A stretch of DNA of 64,000 nucleotides from Phoronis australis (taxonomy: Eukaryota > Animalia > Phoronida): positions 62,001 to 126,000 of the forward strand of contig NMRA01000563.1 in assembly GCA_002633005.1 (NCBI GenBank), written 5' to 3'. The notes under the pieces were generated by a model. The model worked only from the letters and a program-made list of their open reading frames with translations. It was not told the DNA's origin and did not search any database. A program made the translations under genes and the position numbers. Of this stretch, positions 1-12,200 are shown one piece after another. Numbering within the stretch: the first letter of the stretch is position 1; the number at the start of each line of letters is the position of its first letter.

Positions 1-248
1 ACACATGTGACGAAAATAAACTTAAGTTTTGACGATTCATTCATTATAACAGTAGCTGTTGTGGTCACTTTCAAACTTTGGGACTCTCTGGTTACTACAT
101 TTGTGTTATTTCTAGTCGTAAACTGAGTTTGATATGAAGCATTCTTCTAGAACTGTGTTTCCCTCCATCGTCCCTGTGTTGTGTGTGGTGACTGGTTCTT
201 TCTGGACAACAACTGAATGTTGTCATGTGTTATTATGTGTCGTTTCAG

Positions 249-3200
249 AGACCCGTCAGCAATGGCTTGCCACCCACACCTAAAGTTCATGTGAGTCTGG
301 AATATGATAGTCAAGTGTTTCTTAGTGTGCCTTCTTACTGGTTCTCATACAAAAATGCTTGGGTTTCTTAAGTTGGCTATTCGCTGAAGAACAAGACTGT
401 ACATGTTTGTTGTGAAATTTCCTTGAGTAACAACATTTATCATGGGATTCAAAAAGTGTGGTTACAAAGTGCTGTATCCCATATCGTCGAAACTTTGTGA
501 TTCTAACATATTTCTGTGAATTTTGTTCCATTCTTGATGTCTTTGCATTCATTTAAGGAAATGTGCTAATCTGTGTAAAACTCTGAAAGTTCAAACTTTG
601 TTTAGCGATTTTGTCAAACTTTAGAAAGGTATTCTTACAAACTGCCGTAGTTTGTACACATCGTCAAGATTTTGTGATTTCATCTTATTTCCTAAAATTT
701 TTGCCCATTTTTGATTTTTTCTCATTCATATATGGAAATGTGTGCAACTGCAAGTTTGCTTACAAAGTACCCTAGTCCATATCATTGGTATTTTGCGATG
801 CGACCCAATTTTGGCCTGTTCTTAATTTTCCATCTTAAGAAATGCACTTTCATGTGTAGCCCCCTACAGCTCCTTCATCAATGAATATTGCTGCCTACAA
901 CTACCTTGTCTCAAATGTAAAGTACTCTAGACTTTGTTGTTCCCTGCCTACTTTTTTAAATTTCATCCAGATTCTTACTAGCTTGAGTGTATGAGACATC
1001 AAACTTGTCATTATTCACAGTTTTGCTTGTGCTCATAACTTTTCCCTTTGTGGTGTGAGAACCCTTGCTGTGAGTTGACCTCACTGCTGTTACCCAACCT
1101 CTGTGCTGTGACTCATGCTCTGCTCTGACTGCACCTCAAGGCACCTATTTTTTAATGGTTACCTGTGGAATATCTATTGTTCCTTATCAGGCCATCTTGC
1201 ATTAATCTTTGACCCAACACTGTTTCCAGTGGGGTTGTTTTCCTCTTTAATGTATATGGACTGCACCTCCACTATTTCTTACTGGTCCATCTTGCGTTAA
1301 ACTTCCACTCTCGTGCTGTTTCACCAAAATCTTCAATGAATGCCTGCTGTACATTCAGTAATCCTTGTCTGACCCCAAACTTTTGCAGATGGGCGCCTGT
1401 TTTTCCAAGATCTTCAATGGCTGCCCGTTGCACATTCATTGCTCGGCCAGTTGGATCCACCCAGAGACACGTGATCAGTACATCCTGATTGGCTCGGAGG
1501 AGGGTATCTACCACCTGAACCTGACAGAGATCCACGATGGCACCCTAGAGTTGGTGCACCCCAGGAGGTGCACATGGCTCTATGTCATCAAGGATGTTGT
1601 CATGTCACTGTCAGGTAGGTCATCAAGGATGTTGTCATGTCACTGTCAGGTAGGTCATCAAGGATGTTGTCATGTCACTGTCAGGTAGGTCATCAAGGAT
1701 GTTGTCATGTCACTGTCAGGTAGGTCATCAAGGATGTTGTCATGTCACTGTCAGGTAGGTTGTCATTGTCACATATTGGTGCTAGTAACATGCACGTTTA
1801 AGTTAAAATTTTATGCATTACATGAAAGTTGCATATTTGAAAAAAAATACCAAGGTTTATAATTATTTGCCTTAAGACATTGATGGAGTCTTTGTTTCAG
1901 GCAAGCACCAGCAACTGTTCCGACACGACTTGATGGCAATCATTAATAAACATCAGAACAGGTTCTCCCTACCCATGAACAAGATACCAGAGAGGCTGAT
2001 GCCGAGGTATGATTGAGTAGATCTCTCTAAAAGGCAGTTAGTGATGTAGAGTACTGGTATGCAGTTAGTGATGTAGTATACTGGTATGCAGTTAGTGATG
2101 TAGAGTACTGGTATGCAGTTAGTGATGTAGAGTACTGGTATGCAGTTAGTGATGTAGAGTACTGGTATGCAGTTAGTGATGTAGAGTACTGGTATGCTCA
2201 CTAATGTCCTTGCCTATAGCGTAGATAGGTTTCAGAATTGTCGCAACTATTTAGTTATGTTATCCAATGTACTGTATTTAAAGCTCGCAATGATTCTACT
2301 ACCAACATTTATTCACTGTTTGATCATGTAACCACCTTACTTTTTTGTTCGACTGACAACCATGATATTGCTTTTGGACATACAAAGACGTTTAGCAAAT
2401 TATTTGTATGAAGTTCAGTATTAAGTGAAAATGAGTTGTCATTTTTTTTCTCAAACACTGTAATATAATGTACAGGTCGGACCAGTTTTACAGATACATT
2501 GAAGTGGAAACTTTTGATGCTGCTTGCTTGCACTTAACAGAATCTCTACAAGAGGCAGTGCCACCTGGTGGGATGTGTCTGCTTCCTTTACTCAAGGTTG
2601 TGGGTTCAGAGTTCCACCAGGACACACTGCTAGGCACTTGAGTCAGGTCTCTTAAGCTCCTCCGCTCGGTTTTAACTATATAATTTATTAATTAACCATA
2701 AAATTGGTTGCAGGTAATCAGTGCTATGAGCCCAGCTGAGCATCCTGCATACATCCAGTACAACGGTTAGCAGACCACCTGCACTCATTTTTTTAACAGA
2801 ATCCCTTGCCATACAGCACTAAACACCAGATCTTACATGCTTGTAATCATAGCTCCATTTATTTCCAGAAAACTTGTGCCCTCCACTAAGGTTCCTGACA
2901 CAAAGGGATGCTTTAGGTGTTGTGTCAGTCGTAACCCATACAACGGCTATAAGTACTTGTGCGGGGCGCTACCTGACTCCATCATTCTCATGCAGTGGTA
3001 TGAGCCACTTAACAAGTTCATGTTGTTGAAGGTAGGTGGCACTGCACTCATTGATTTCAATCCCAATTTAATTTCATAGAGTGGGATACTTGACATTTGG
3101 TGTTGATGAAGAATGGGTCTGTTACATGTAAATAGATTAGAGCAGAAAGCACTATTCACAGCATTGGAAGGGGGTTTATGGAGCGAGGGTCTCACATGAC

Positions 3201-6200
3201 TACCTGAATACAGGTAGGAATGTTGTCTCACTAACTCCACCTTATGAATTCCAAGCTCTTTATTACACCTTGCGTTTTCACTGTTACTCCCCAGTACGTT
3301 ACAGTAGGTTACAGGACCCTTTATCCTATTTTAGTGCCGTCCTTTTCCTTGTCAATTTTTTATTGCAGCAATTCGAGTATACGTTGTCGACTCCACTTAA
3401 GTGCTTCGAGATGTTGATAACTCCAGAGCTGGAGTACCCCGTAGTCTGTGTGGGAGTGCGCAAAAGGTAAGTTGTTCCACAAGTGGCGCTCTCGTGTGTT
3501 TTTTTAGTTTACTGATTAACTATATTCATCATTTACAGCACTGGGTAATTTTCAGCCTTCCTGAACTGAAACTGGGTTTACTGCTTGCTTTGAGTTAAGT
3601 TCTAAAGTGTGATTGTTATGGTAAAAATTATCGTTGAGGCACTCTCATGCAACTGTTTTTTATTGCTGCTTGTATATTAAGTGTCTTTGTTTATTGATTG
3701 TGACTTTCTGCGTTGTAGTGATGACCGGGTTAGCTTGAAGTTTGACATCGTGAATCTCAACTCAAGCTCCAGCTGGTTCACAGAATCAGAGTCGACAGCA
3801 GGTAAGAATCAGTAACTGAAGTAACTGTATCATTTTGTTGATAATATGTAACTGTACTTTTATTGTATTTCTAGTCAGTGTTTATTTTTGTTATTGATCA
3901 CAGCTACATATTCCTGCTACCAGTAGTTTTGTGTTATTATGTGCGCAAGATGGTCAGTAGACGATAGACATTTCAATCTTTGCATAATCTTAAGTTTGTT
4001 TAGTTTGAGCATGTTAAAGCAGTATATGTCCAACAGTGATGAACTTGAAATTCACTGGGTGGTGGTTGTGAAACAACTGCCCTACCTATAGAAACCCATG
4101 CATTCAAATTACGTGCTACCCTTATGGTTCAAACGGTCTCATTCTGATGAACAGTTTTCTGTTCTCAAGCTATCTAGATCAAAAGGCAACCGTTGTCTTC
4201 ATTAACGCCATCATGTGAACATAAGGCTTTTGTTTGATTGGTAGATTTTACAGTAGTGTACTTTCTGCCTTGTAGTCGTCTAATCTCTTGTATCTGTGCT
4301 GGGCCTTGTATGTTGTTAGTCTCTCGTATTAATTATTTTAAGACTAAGATTGATTTTTTCTCCAGTTTTACGCAGTTATCGAGGTCGCCATGCCAATTGT
4401 AAGAAATGACCCTTTTCTTGCATTGCTTCATTATTTTTGCATGGTCGCCCAGAGAAAGTTTAATTGTACCAGGAGTTTTTCATAGTATAACAACTTGAAA
4501 TGCAAGTTTTATGCTACAAACCTGATTTGATTTTATTAATCACTGAATTTGCATGCGTGTGTTTTACTTTGCCTCACTTGCTAGACAAGCATTCATTATA
4601 TAGTGGTCTTGGAATTAGCAAATGAAATATAACGTCACAACGAATGTATTGGTGATTTGCATGCCTGTTTTGCAACTTCAATGTTGTTGTTCCACAGAGT
4701 TTAGAAAATTTTTTATAGAGATCCTCAGCTTCCCAACTCAGTTCACTGTAATGCATCTCTTAAACTGTGGTTATTAGTTAAGCTGGACTTGCTCTACGTT
4801 ATAGATTGTTCATGTTTTGCAATGCATTACTCTATTTGTTGTGCTAAGTTTTTAGTTAAGGTTATGGATTTCATAGCGAGCATGATAATGAGAGTTGTTG
4901 GCCACAAAGTTTACTGAAGCCAAGTAACCGCATTCAGTGTAGTTGGTGTTCATCCCTCATGAACATTACCGGGAACTAGAAATTCACTAGGTGGTGCTGA
5001 TACTCATAGAAATGGCTGCATTCAGGTAGTCATGTGGGCAGTTATCCCATCAGCTGACCTATGCTAATCATAATTATGCTGTCCGTTCTCAACTTATGCA
5101 GGTGTTAAAAAGAGGGAACTTTCTTCATCAGCATCACCTGGTACATATGAAGTCCTCCATTCTTGTCTCATGAACCATACTTCTCTTCATTTCTTGACAG
5201 GAGACTGGCGTGAGGACGTGCTTGGTTCAGTGTCTTAAACGTGTCTCTATTACAACTGGTTACAATTTTGTATTGCTTGTGGGAAGGAAAATGTGTTCAT
5301 ATGGGAAAGAAATATGTTCATGAGAAAAGAAATATGTTCATAAGGAAGCAGTAATGGTGTTTGACAAATTCTCAATGGAACCTTATGACTGAAGAATTCA
5401 GTTATTTCATCTACAGCGCTGCTGTCATTTTTCAAAATGCATTGTCAGACAGTTGTCAGCTCATAAACACTCGGTGATATCTCGCGTAGTGTGATGAAGT
5501 GTACACAATATGTCTGAAAACAATACTTGTCACTTAAGTGCAGCAGAATTGAAAGCACGGGTCCACTGCTATGTGCATTTTGTTGAGCATACAATTCAAT
5601 GACCATTATACAAGAAACTAAAATTGAAAGTGTTAAGTAATATTTACGAGCAGGAAACTGTCCCACATTGCGTTTGAAAACGAGCAACACTAGTGTAGCT
5701 TTGATCATCGCTGTAATGGCTCTCAGAGATGCTCTGTCCCAAACTAGGTCTTGTCCTGGATCTTTAAGACTCATCTTGTATGACTGGAAAACATGAAGTT
5801 ATCAACAGTGAATCTTTCTGTTTTGAAGCAGTCAATGAACTCAAAGCTAACTCATAGAAATTAAAAGATCAAAACATGTACTATAACGATGGTTTTCAAA
5901 GATGGCGCTGCATGATTAGTTAAAGAGGAATTCACGTGAAAGTTTCAATTTTGCAGCCGTCTGCAGAATTAGTCATGACTGGTAAATGGTATTGTGTCTT
6001 GTTACTTTTGTCTTGTACTATACGGCTTTTTATGATGGGTTTGTTTGCTCATTTAGTGTTGTGTACTGTGTTGTGTTAATTTATCTACTTGATAAGTCTG
6101 ATTGTTGCATGTCATCTACTGCCTTGTTCAACAATAGCAACATGACGCGTGATTGTGCGATGTAATTGTTGTTATCTATGCAGAACTTTGGTGCAAGCAC

Positions 6201-9200
6201 TTTGTGATGTCTGCCATACACTCATTCCTGTTCTTTAATCTATAGATGATCCTGATGAACGCCTCAATCTGACTAACGTAACACAGTTGGAGAAAGACTC
6301 CATTTTAGTCGCATATGATAGTAAGTTGTTGTTCACTGGAGATAATGTAACCTGCTTGTGTGTAAAGTATCCTTTTTAAACTGTAAATTTGTTAATTCTC
6401 AGTCTTGTTTAACTTATACTTGACGTCTTGTTCTCAAAACCATTTTGACAGTATATTGAAATTCTACATGACTTGGGCATGTATCTTTGTTGTTGTGCTT
6501 TGCCTCATATTTCTTATACCTGTTCTACACTTAAAATCCCTTTATTTAGTTCTGCAAAAGGCTTTAAGATGTGTTTGTTCCGATTTCAGCTCCTGTGTAG
6601 CAGCTTTTTGGTTTCTTTCAGATCAAGTTAAAGTTGTAAATATGAATGGCAAATTAAAATCCAGCAAGCGACAGGCAGCAGAATTACATTTTGACTTCCC
6701 AGTAGAGTCATTAGGTAAGTGTCATACTGTTGACTTCCCAGTAGAGTCACTAGGTCAGTTTATTCATTTGACTTTCCAGTATAGTCATTAGGTCAGTTCT
6801 GCACATTTGACTTCCCAGTAGAGTCACTAGGTAAGTTCTATGCATTTGACGTTCCAGTAGAGTCATTAGGTAAGTTCTTTTCATTTGACTTTACAGTAGA
6901 GTTACTACGTAACTACTGTACATTTGACTTCTCAACAGGGTCACAACGTAAGTTCTATACATTTAATTTCACAATAGAGTCACAAGGTAAGTTTCATGTA
7001 GTTGATTTACCAGTACAGTCACTAGGTAAGTTTGAAACATTTTGTTTCCCAGTTGGATGACTCAATATTCCAGATAGATTTTACTTCCAAGATTTTCGCT
7101 GGGTGAATGGGATGCGTTGTGACTTTGCAGGTCACTTATTTGTGGGTTTGATGCCGTTGATTGATTTTGTAGTTTATACCTTCCACGAGGTACCTCTGTT
7201 GTTCTTTAAATGGTTTAGTATTAAGTGCAGGAAAATATATAGAAGTGGATTGTGTAGTTTTAGTCTGTTTACAAGCAGATTGTGTGTTATCATTGTGTTA
7301 ATAAGTGCATTATGTATTTCCAGTGTGTTTACAAGATAGCATGCTTGCTTTCCACCGCCATGGGATGCAGGGCCGCAGTTTTAAAGCCAATGAGGTAATA
7401 CTCCTCTATACATTTTTCTTTGGTGGCAAGAAGACAAAAAAATATCTCGTCTGCAAATACTTGTAGACATGCGCTAATTCTTAGTCCTTAACCTGTTGCA
7501 ACATTATTTTCTACATTAGTTTGACCAATCTTGTTATCTGTGAAGTGCCAACATATGGCATGATGTAGACTAGAGCCACAAACTCATTTATGCGCCCACA
7601 TATTTATATGTGGACGCATTATGCCGTCATCTCTGTCCGTCCGTCCGTCCGTCCGGGCGGCGTCCGTCCGGTGTCCGGCGTCCGCTGCTCTATCTCCAAA
7701 ACCCTTTGACATACGTTCATGAAATTTGGCACATATGTTCCATTCATGAATGGGACGGCATGTGCGAACTTTCGGACGGATCCGACTACCGGTGTGCCCC
7801 CTAGTGGCAATTTTAGTTTTTTACGCTTACCTTTGTATCTTCAAAAGTCCTGAACGGATTTTCATGAAATTTGGTATGTAGGCACCTATTAGTGAGATGA
7901 CGCTATCCTACTGTTTTCAGATGGATTCGACGTAGTTTGCGCCACCTAGTGGCCATTTTTACTGTTTTCGAGTCTGTATTTTTGCGTCCACCCCTCTATC
8001 AACCAAACCGCTCAAAGGATGATTGTGAAAATTGGCGTGTATGTGCTTACTATAAGGAAGACAGCTGACAATGATTTTCAGACGATTTGGACTACTGTGG
8101 CGCCTCCTAGTGGCAGTTTTTTTTTTTTGCGCCCATGGCTGTATCTCCCAAACCGTTTGCAGGATCTTTACTAAATTTAGCAAGTGTATTTATGTGATGT
8201 TGACAACGGACGATGACGACTTTAGGATGATTCTGACTACCGGTATGCCTCTAGTGGCAATTTAAGTATTTCACATTGACCTCTGTATTTTCATAGGTCT
8301 TCAGGTGTATACTTTGTGTTACTTCGTGACTATGAAGGAAAAGTTCCAAGTAGAAATTTGTTTCTGGCATTCTAATGCTGTGCTAATCTCGTATGTTGGT
8401 AAATTTGTTTTTAATTCTATGTTTCTGTGGTGCTTTAAGCAACTGATGCATAGGATGTGCTTGTATTATGAAGATCACTCACATTTTGAAACCTAGCCTA
8501 TTGAGGAGACAATGACCATGCCTTTCCATTTTGCAAAGTACAACATACTACATATATGCCCTCTACTGGCCTTTATGGTACCAATAAACAACCCTAGAAG
8601 GATACCGTATACGGTGCAATTGTGGGCGCATTTCAACGCTCTGCGTTGCTCTTGTTGTTTTTGTTCTTTGAATGGCCATATTGCTTTTGTCAAACCAAAA
8701 AGTGTATCCTACTGTTGAACACTTGAAGGTATCATGTCAGCTTAGACATCTTATCAGCACTATTTAAAGCTTTATTGTTCATGTCATGGAAAGTTATTAC
8801 TATTTTCTGGTTTCACTAATTATAAATATTTGGCACTTTTGTAGGTTACTCAAGAAATCAGTGACAAGTCAAGAATATTTAAAGTCCTAGGCACGGACAG
8901 GTAAGATATAATCATGGGTGACACTAATGTTGACGATGACAATGATATCTATGAAAAAGGGTACTGGATTTATATGACATTTGTAGAGTCATAGTTATGT
9001 AGCAGGTAAGATTTGTACTTTCCACTGTGAGGCATCCTTATTTAACTAAACTTATTTAACAATTTAACCTGCTGCTATAACATGAACCCAACCTGGACAT
9101 TAGAAAATGTTCATTTTATGTGGTTGACAAATTAGTCTTAGCAAAACTGTTGCGTCTATTCAGGTTTTGGCCTTCCCTTATGTTGTTCCTCTGGCTATGC

Positions 9201-12200
9201 TTCAAGCGGGTAAAAACATGCTTTCAGCTGATGTGGAAATCTGTTGTCGCTTGCTTGAAACAGTCCCAACAGAGACTCGACTCTGTTCCCTAAATTTTGT
9301 GTGGATTTCTAGTCGTCGTTTACTCACTAATGTTATACTTACCACCACTTTAGCTTTATTGTGACATTTTCTATTAATGTATGTGAAAACTGAGCCCTTA
9401 TTTCAATGCAAATTAATGAAGTACTTACCGTATTCGCCCTAATAAGTGCCCAGGGCACTTAGAAAAATTTGTTTCAGGAGGGTGGAGGTGCTTATTATAG
9501 CCCAAGTCGTTGAAACCTAGTCTTTGAAATGGCTAGTAAAATTTTTATTTAAATAAGCTAGCATTCATCAAAATTACGCTCTGTGATGTATCTGTAACCT
9601 ATGACAGGCTTTCTACAAAATTGTGGTGCATTGCTATCAAGCTTTGTTGTTAAATTATGATCATTTTTCAGAAAATTGTGCTAAAATCCCAGGGCGAAAA
9701 CTCGCAGACTCATGCGTCGCTACCTCACGATCTTCAATAGAGCAACTTGAATTCTTGAACGAAAATACAGTTTCGACTCAACAAATTACCTGAAGTCCTT
9801 AAGTTTTCAAAGTAGCGTCTTTGAAATTTTTAAGTTCCTTTGGAGTCAGCATTAACTGCATATTAAGTCCAAATCGGCGCTAAATTGTACCCCGCAACAT
9901 GAGAAAAATCTCTGGATGAACACACATTTTGTTGCCACGTGACGTTTGTTTTGAAGTTGGTCTGCGTATTGTGAGAGTGAGCCACTGCGTGTGTGTCATC
10001 AGAGCTCATTTGACAGAGCAAACGCAATGTAACGATCTACTAGGTGTGCATTGTAACATAAGAAATTAACACAAGCAGTAAAGCAGAACATGTTTTATTT
10101 AGCATTTGTTGTTCTCATCTGCTAAAGAACGTTCGAGAATTGTTTCGGTGAGTCACCGGGTGATTGGATGCATGACTGTCTAACAGTTTTCCGGGAGATT
10201 CGGGGGGTGTAAGGGTTCGGAATTGTTCACTATCAGTGGGATATTTTGACTTTAAAAACATCAATTATGATTAATTAAATAATTCCTCCAAAAATTTACA
10301 AGAACGTTTTTACGGTATCAGAAACTTGCGAAAATTAGTGCCAATATTTATTTCTTGCCGATGCTATGCTACCCGTTTCATGAATAGATAGTTCCAGGAG
10401 ACTAATGTCTTCGATGACAAGTACATGTATGTAGCTTGCGAGCTTCCTGGCCACGTGCTATTAACATAGGTCAAATTTTTATTATTCCGTCGATTCGCAG
10501 TTTTCACTTGTACAAAGAAATTTGGATTCCTGTTGAGAGAGGTCTTTAAGGGAAAGATACAAAACAATCCCTTTGGCAAATACGCTGTGTCTGTTTTGAA
10601 AGGCCGGCCAGGCCATAATGGGACACGTTCTTCACAAGATCAGCAAAACTTTTGCATTATTTTCAAAGCACGGTGGAAGTTTGAAGTGACAAATCACGGT
10701 TAAATATGAACATAGTGGCGAGGCTCGTGGTCTACAAATTACGTGCTCATTAGACAATGACTTTCTTCAGGACTGTCGGATCTTATTGATAAATTGAAGG
10801 CGTTACTGTAGAATTTTAGAACTGTAGGTAAGGCATTTTTCACATGTACACGTTCATGGACAAAAACGCGTGGGGGGCTTATTAAGGCGAATATGGTAGT
10901 CCTTAAATTAGGGGTGTTTCATGGAAAGGTACCTGTTTATTATGAATTCAACGTAGAGTTTAGTTTCACTGTGTATCTAAGTTATAACTTGTAGCAGTGA
11001 AGAAAGAATAGAAGACAAAAAGATGATCAATGTCTACATGAAGTCCACAAATGCGTTGAAAATTTATGGAATATGGTTGAGTCCCTATTGGGCCTCTTCA
11101 TGTAGTCGGGCAATGGAGTTTGTTGCACCTCGGTTATTGTTGATTCATGTCACATCTTGGCCTACTAAGTCTACTTAGTAGCTTTTCTAAAATGTAGCAA
11201 TATGTTTCGGCGGTAAAACGTCCACCGTTGTCAAGCTTTATTCAGGGAATGGATGTCAGAATGGCTACAGGTACAATTCACCGATACACGCAAAAATACC
11301 AGAAACGGGATTGACTAGTAATCGGGGAACTGAATCACAACTCAGTGTAACAGTCACAATCCTGTTTTTTGAAATATCTCTTGTTACGTATCATGTGCGA
11401 AATTACAATTCAGTTTATATTGCGCGTTTCATGCTGTGATGGCTTTGAATACCAGACTTGTATGGTGGAAATTATTATCGTTCCGTCATCTCTGTCTGTC
11501 TATCTCAGCGTCTGATGTTTGCTCTTGAATCTCTAAAACCAGTTGATGGAAGTTTGTGAAATTGTTACCACTGCTGTTTGTGCTGTCTTCTTCTCTATCT
11601 GTCAAGCCATTTGAAGTATCTTGAAATTCAATAAATATGAGGTGAGCATGGCTGACATTGATGTTCGGGTGGGTCCAACTACTGTGGTGCCCCCTTTTGA
11701 ATTTGTTTTGTCTGTGCCTTTATATCAGCCAAGTTCCTTAATGGATCTTCATGAAATTTGTTCCAGTTAGAAGAGTACGGCTGACATTGATTTTTCTGAC
11801 AAGTCCAATCGTTTTAGCATTTCTTTGCAGCAATTTAGGTTTGCTTAGCTTATTCCTCAATATTCACCAACATGGATGTTCGTAAATTAGGCAAATAAGT
11901 TTCTGCAAAGGAGACGACAGCACAAGGCTTGTTTCAGGTGGATTTTTCAGTACTGGAATGAATGTTCATAGCTGGCGCCATTACATGGTATAGAAAGAAA
12001 GTTGTTGCCTGGTTGTATTTGAAGACCTACCTTTTCAATGCTGTGCCCCCTAGTGGCAGTATTATTTTGTTGGTGTTCACTCTTTCAGCATTGTCTCTTG
12101 AGTTATCTTTGTAAAATTTAGAATGTGCATCTTTTTGTGTACCGCACTGCTTGATCTGTGTTCATGGAACTATGTTTTCATTAATGATATGATTCAATCA

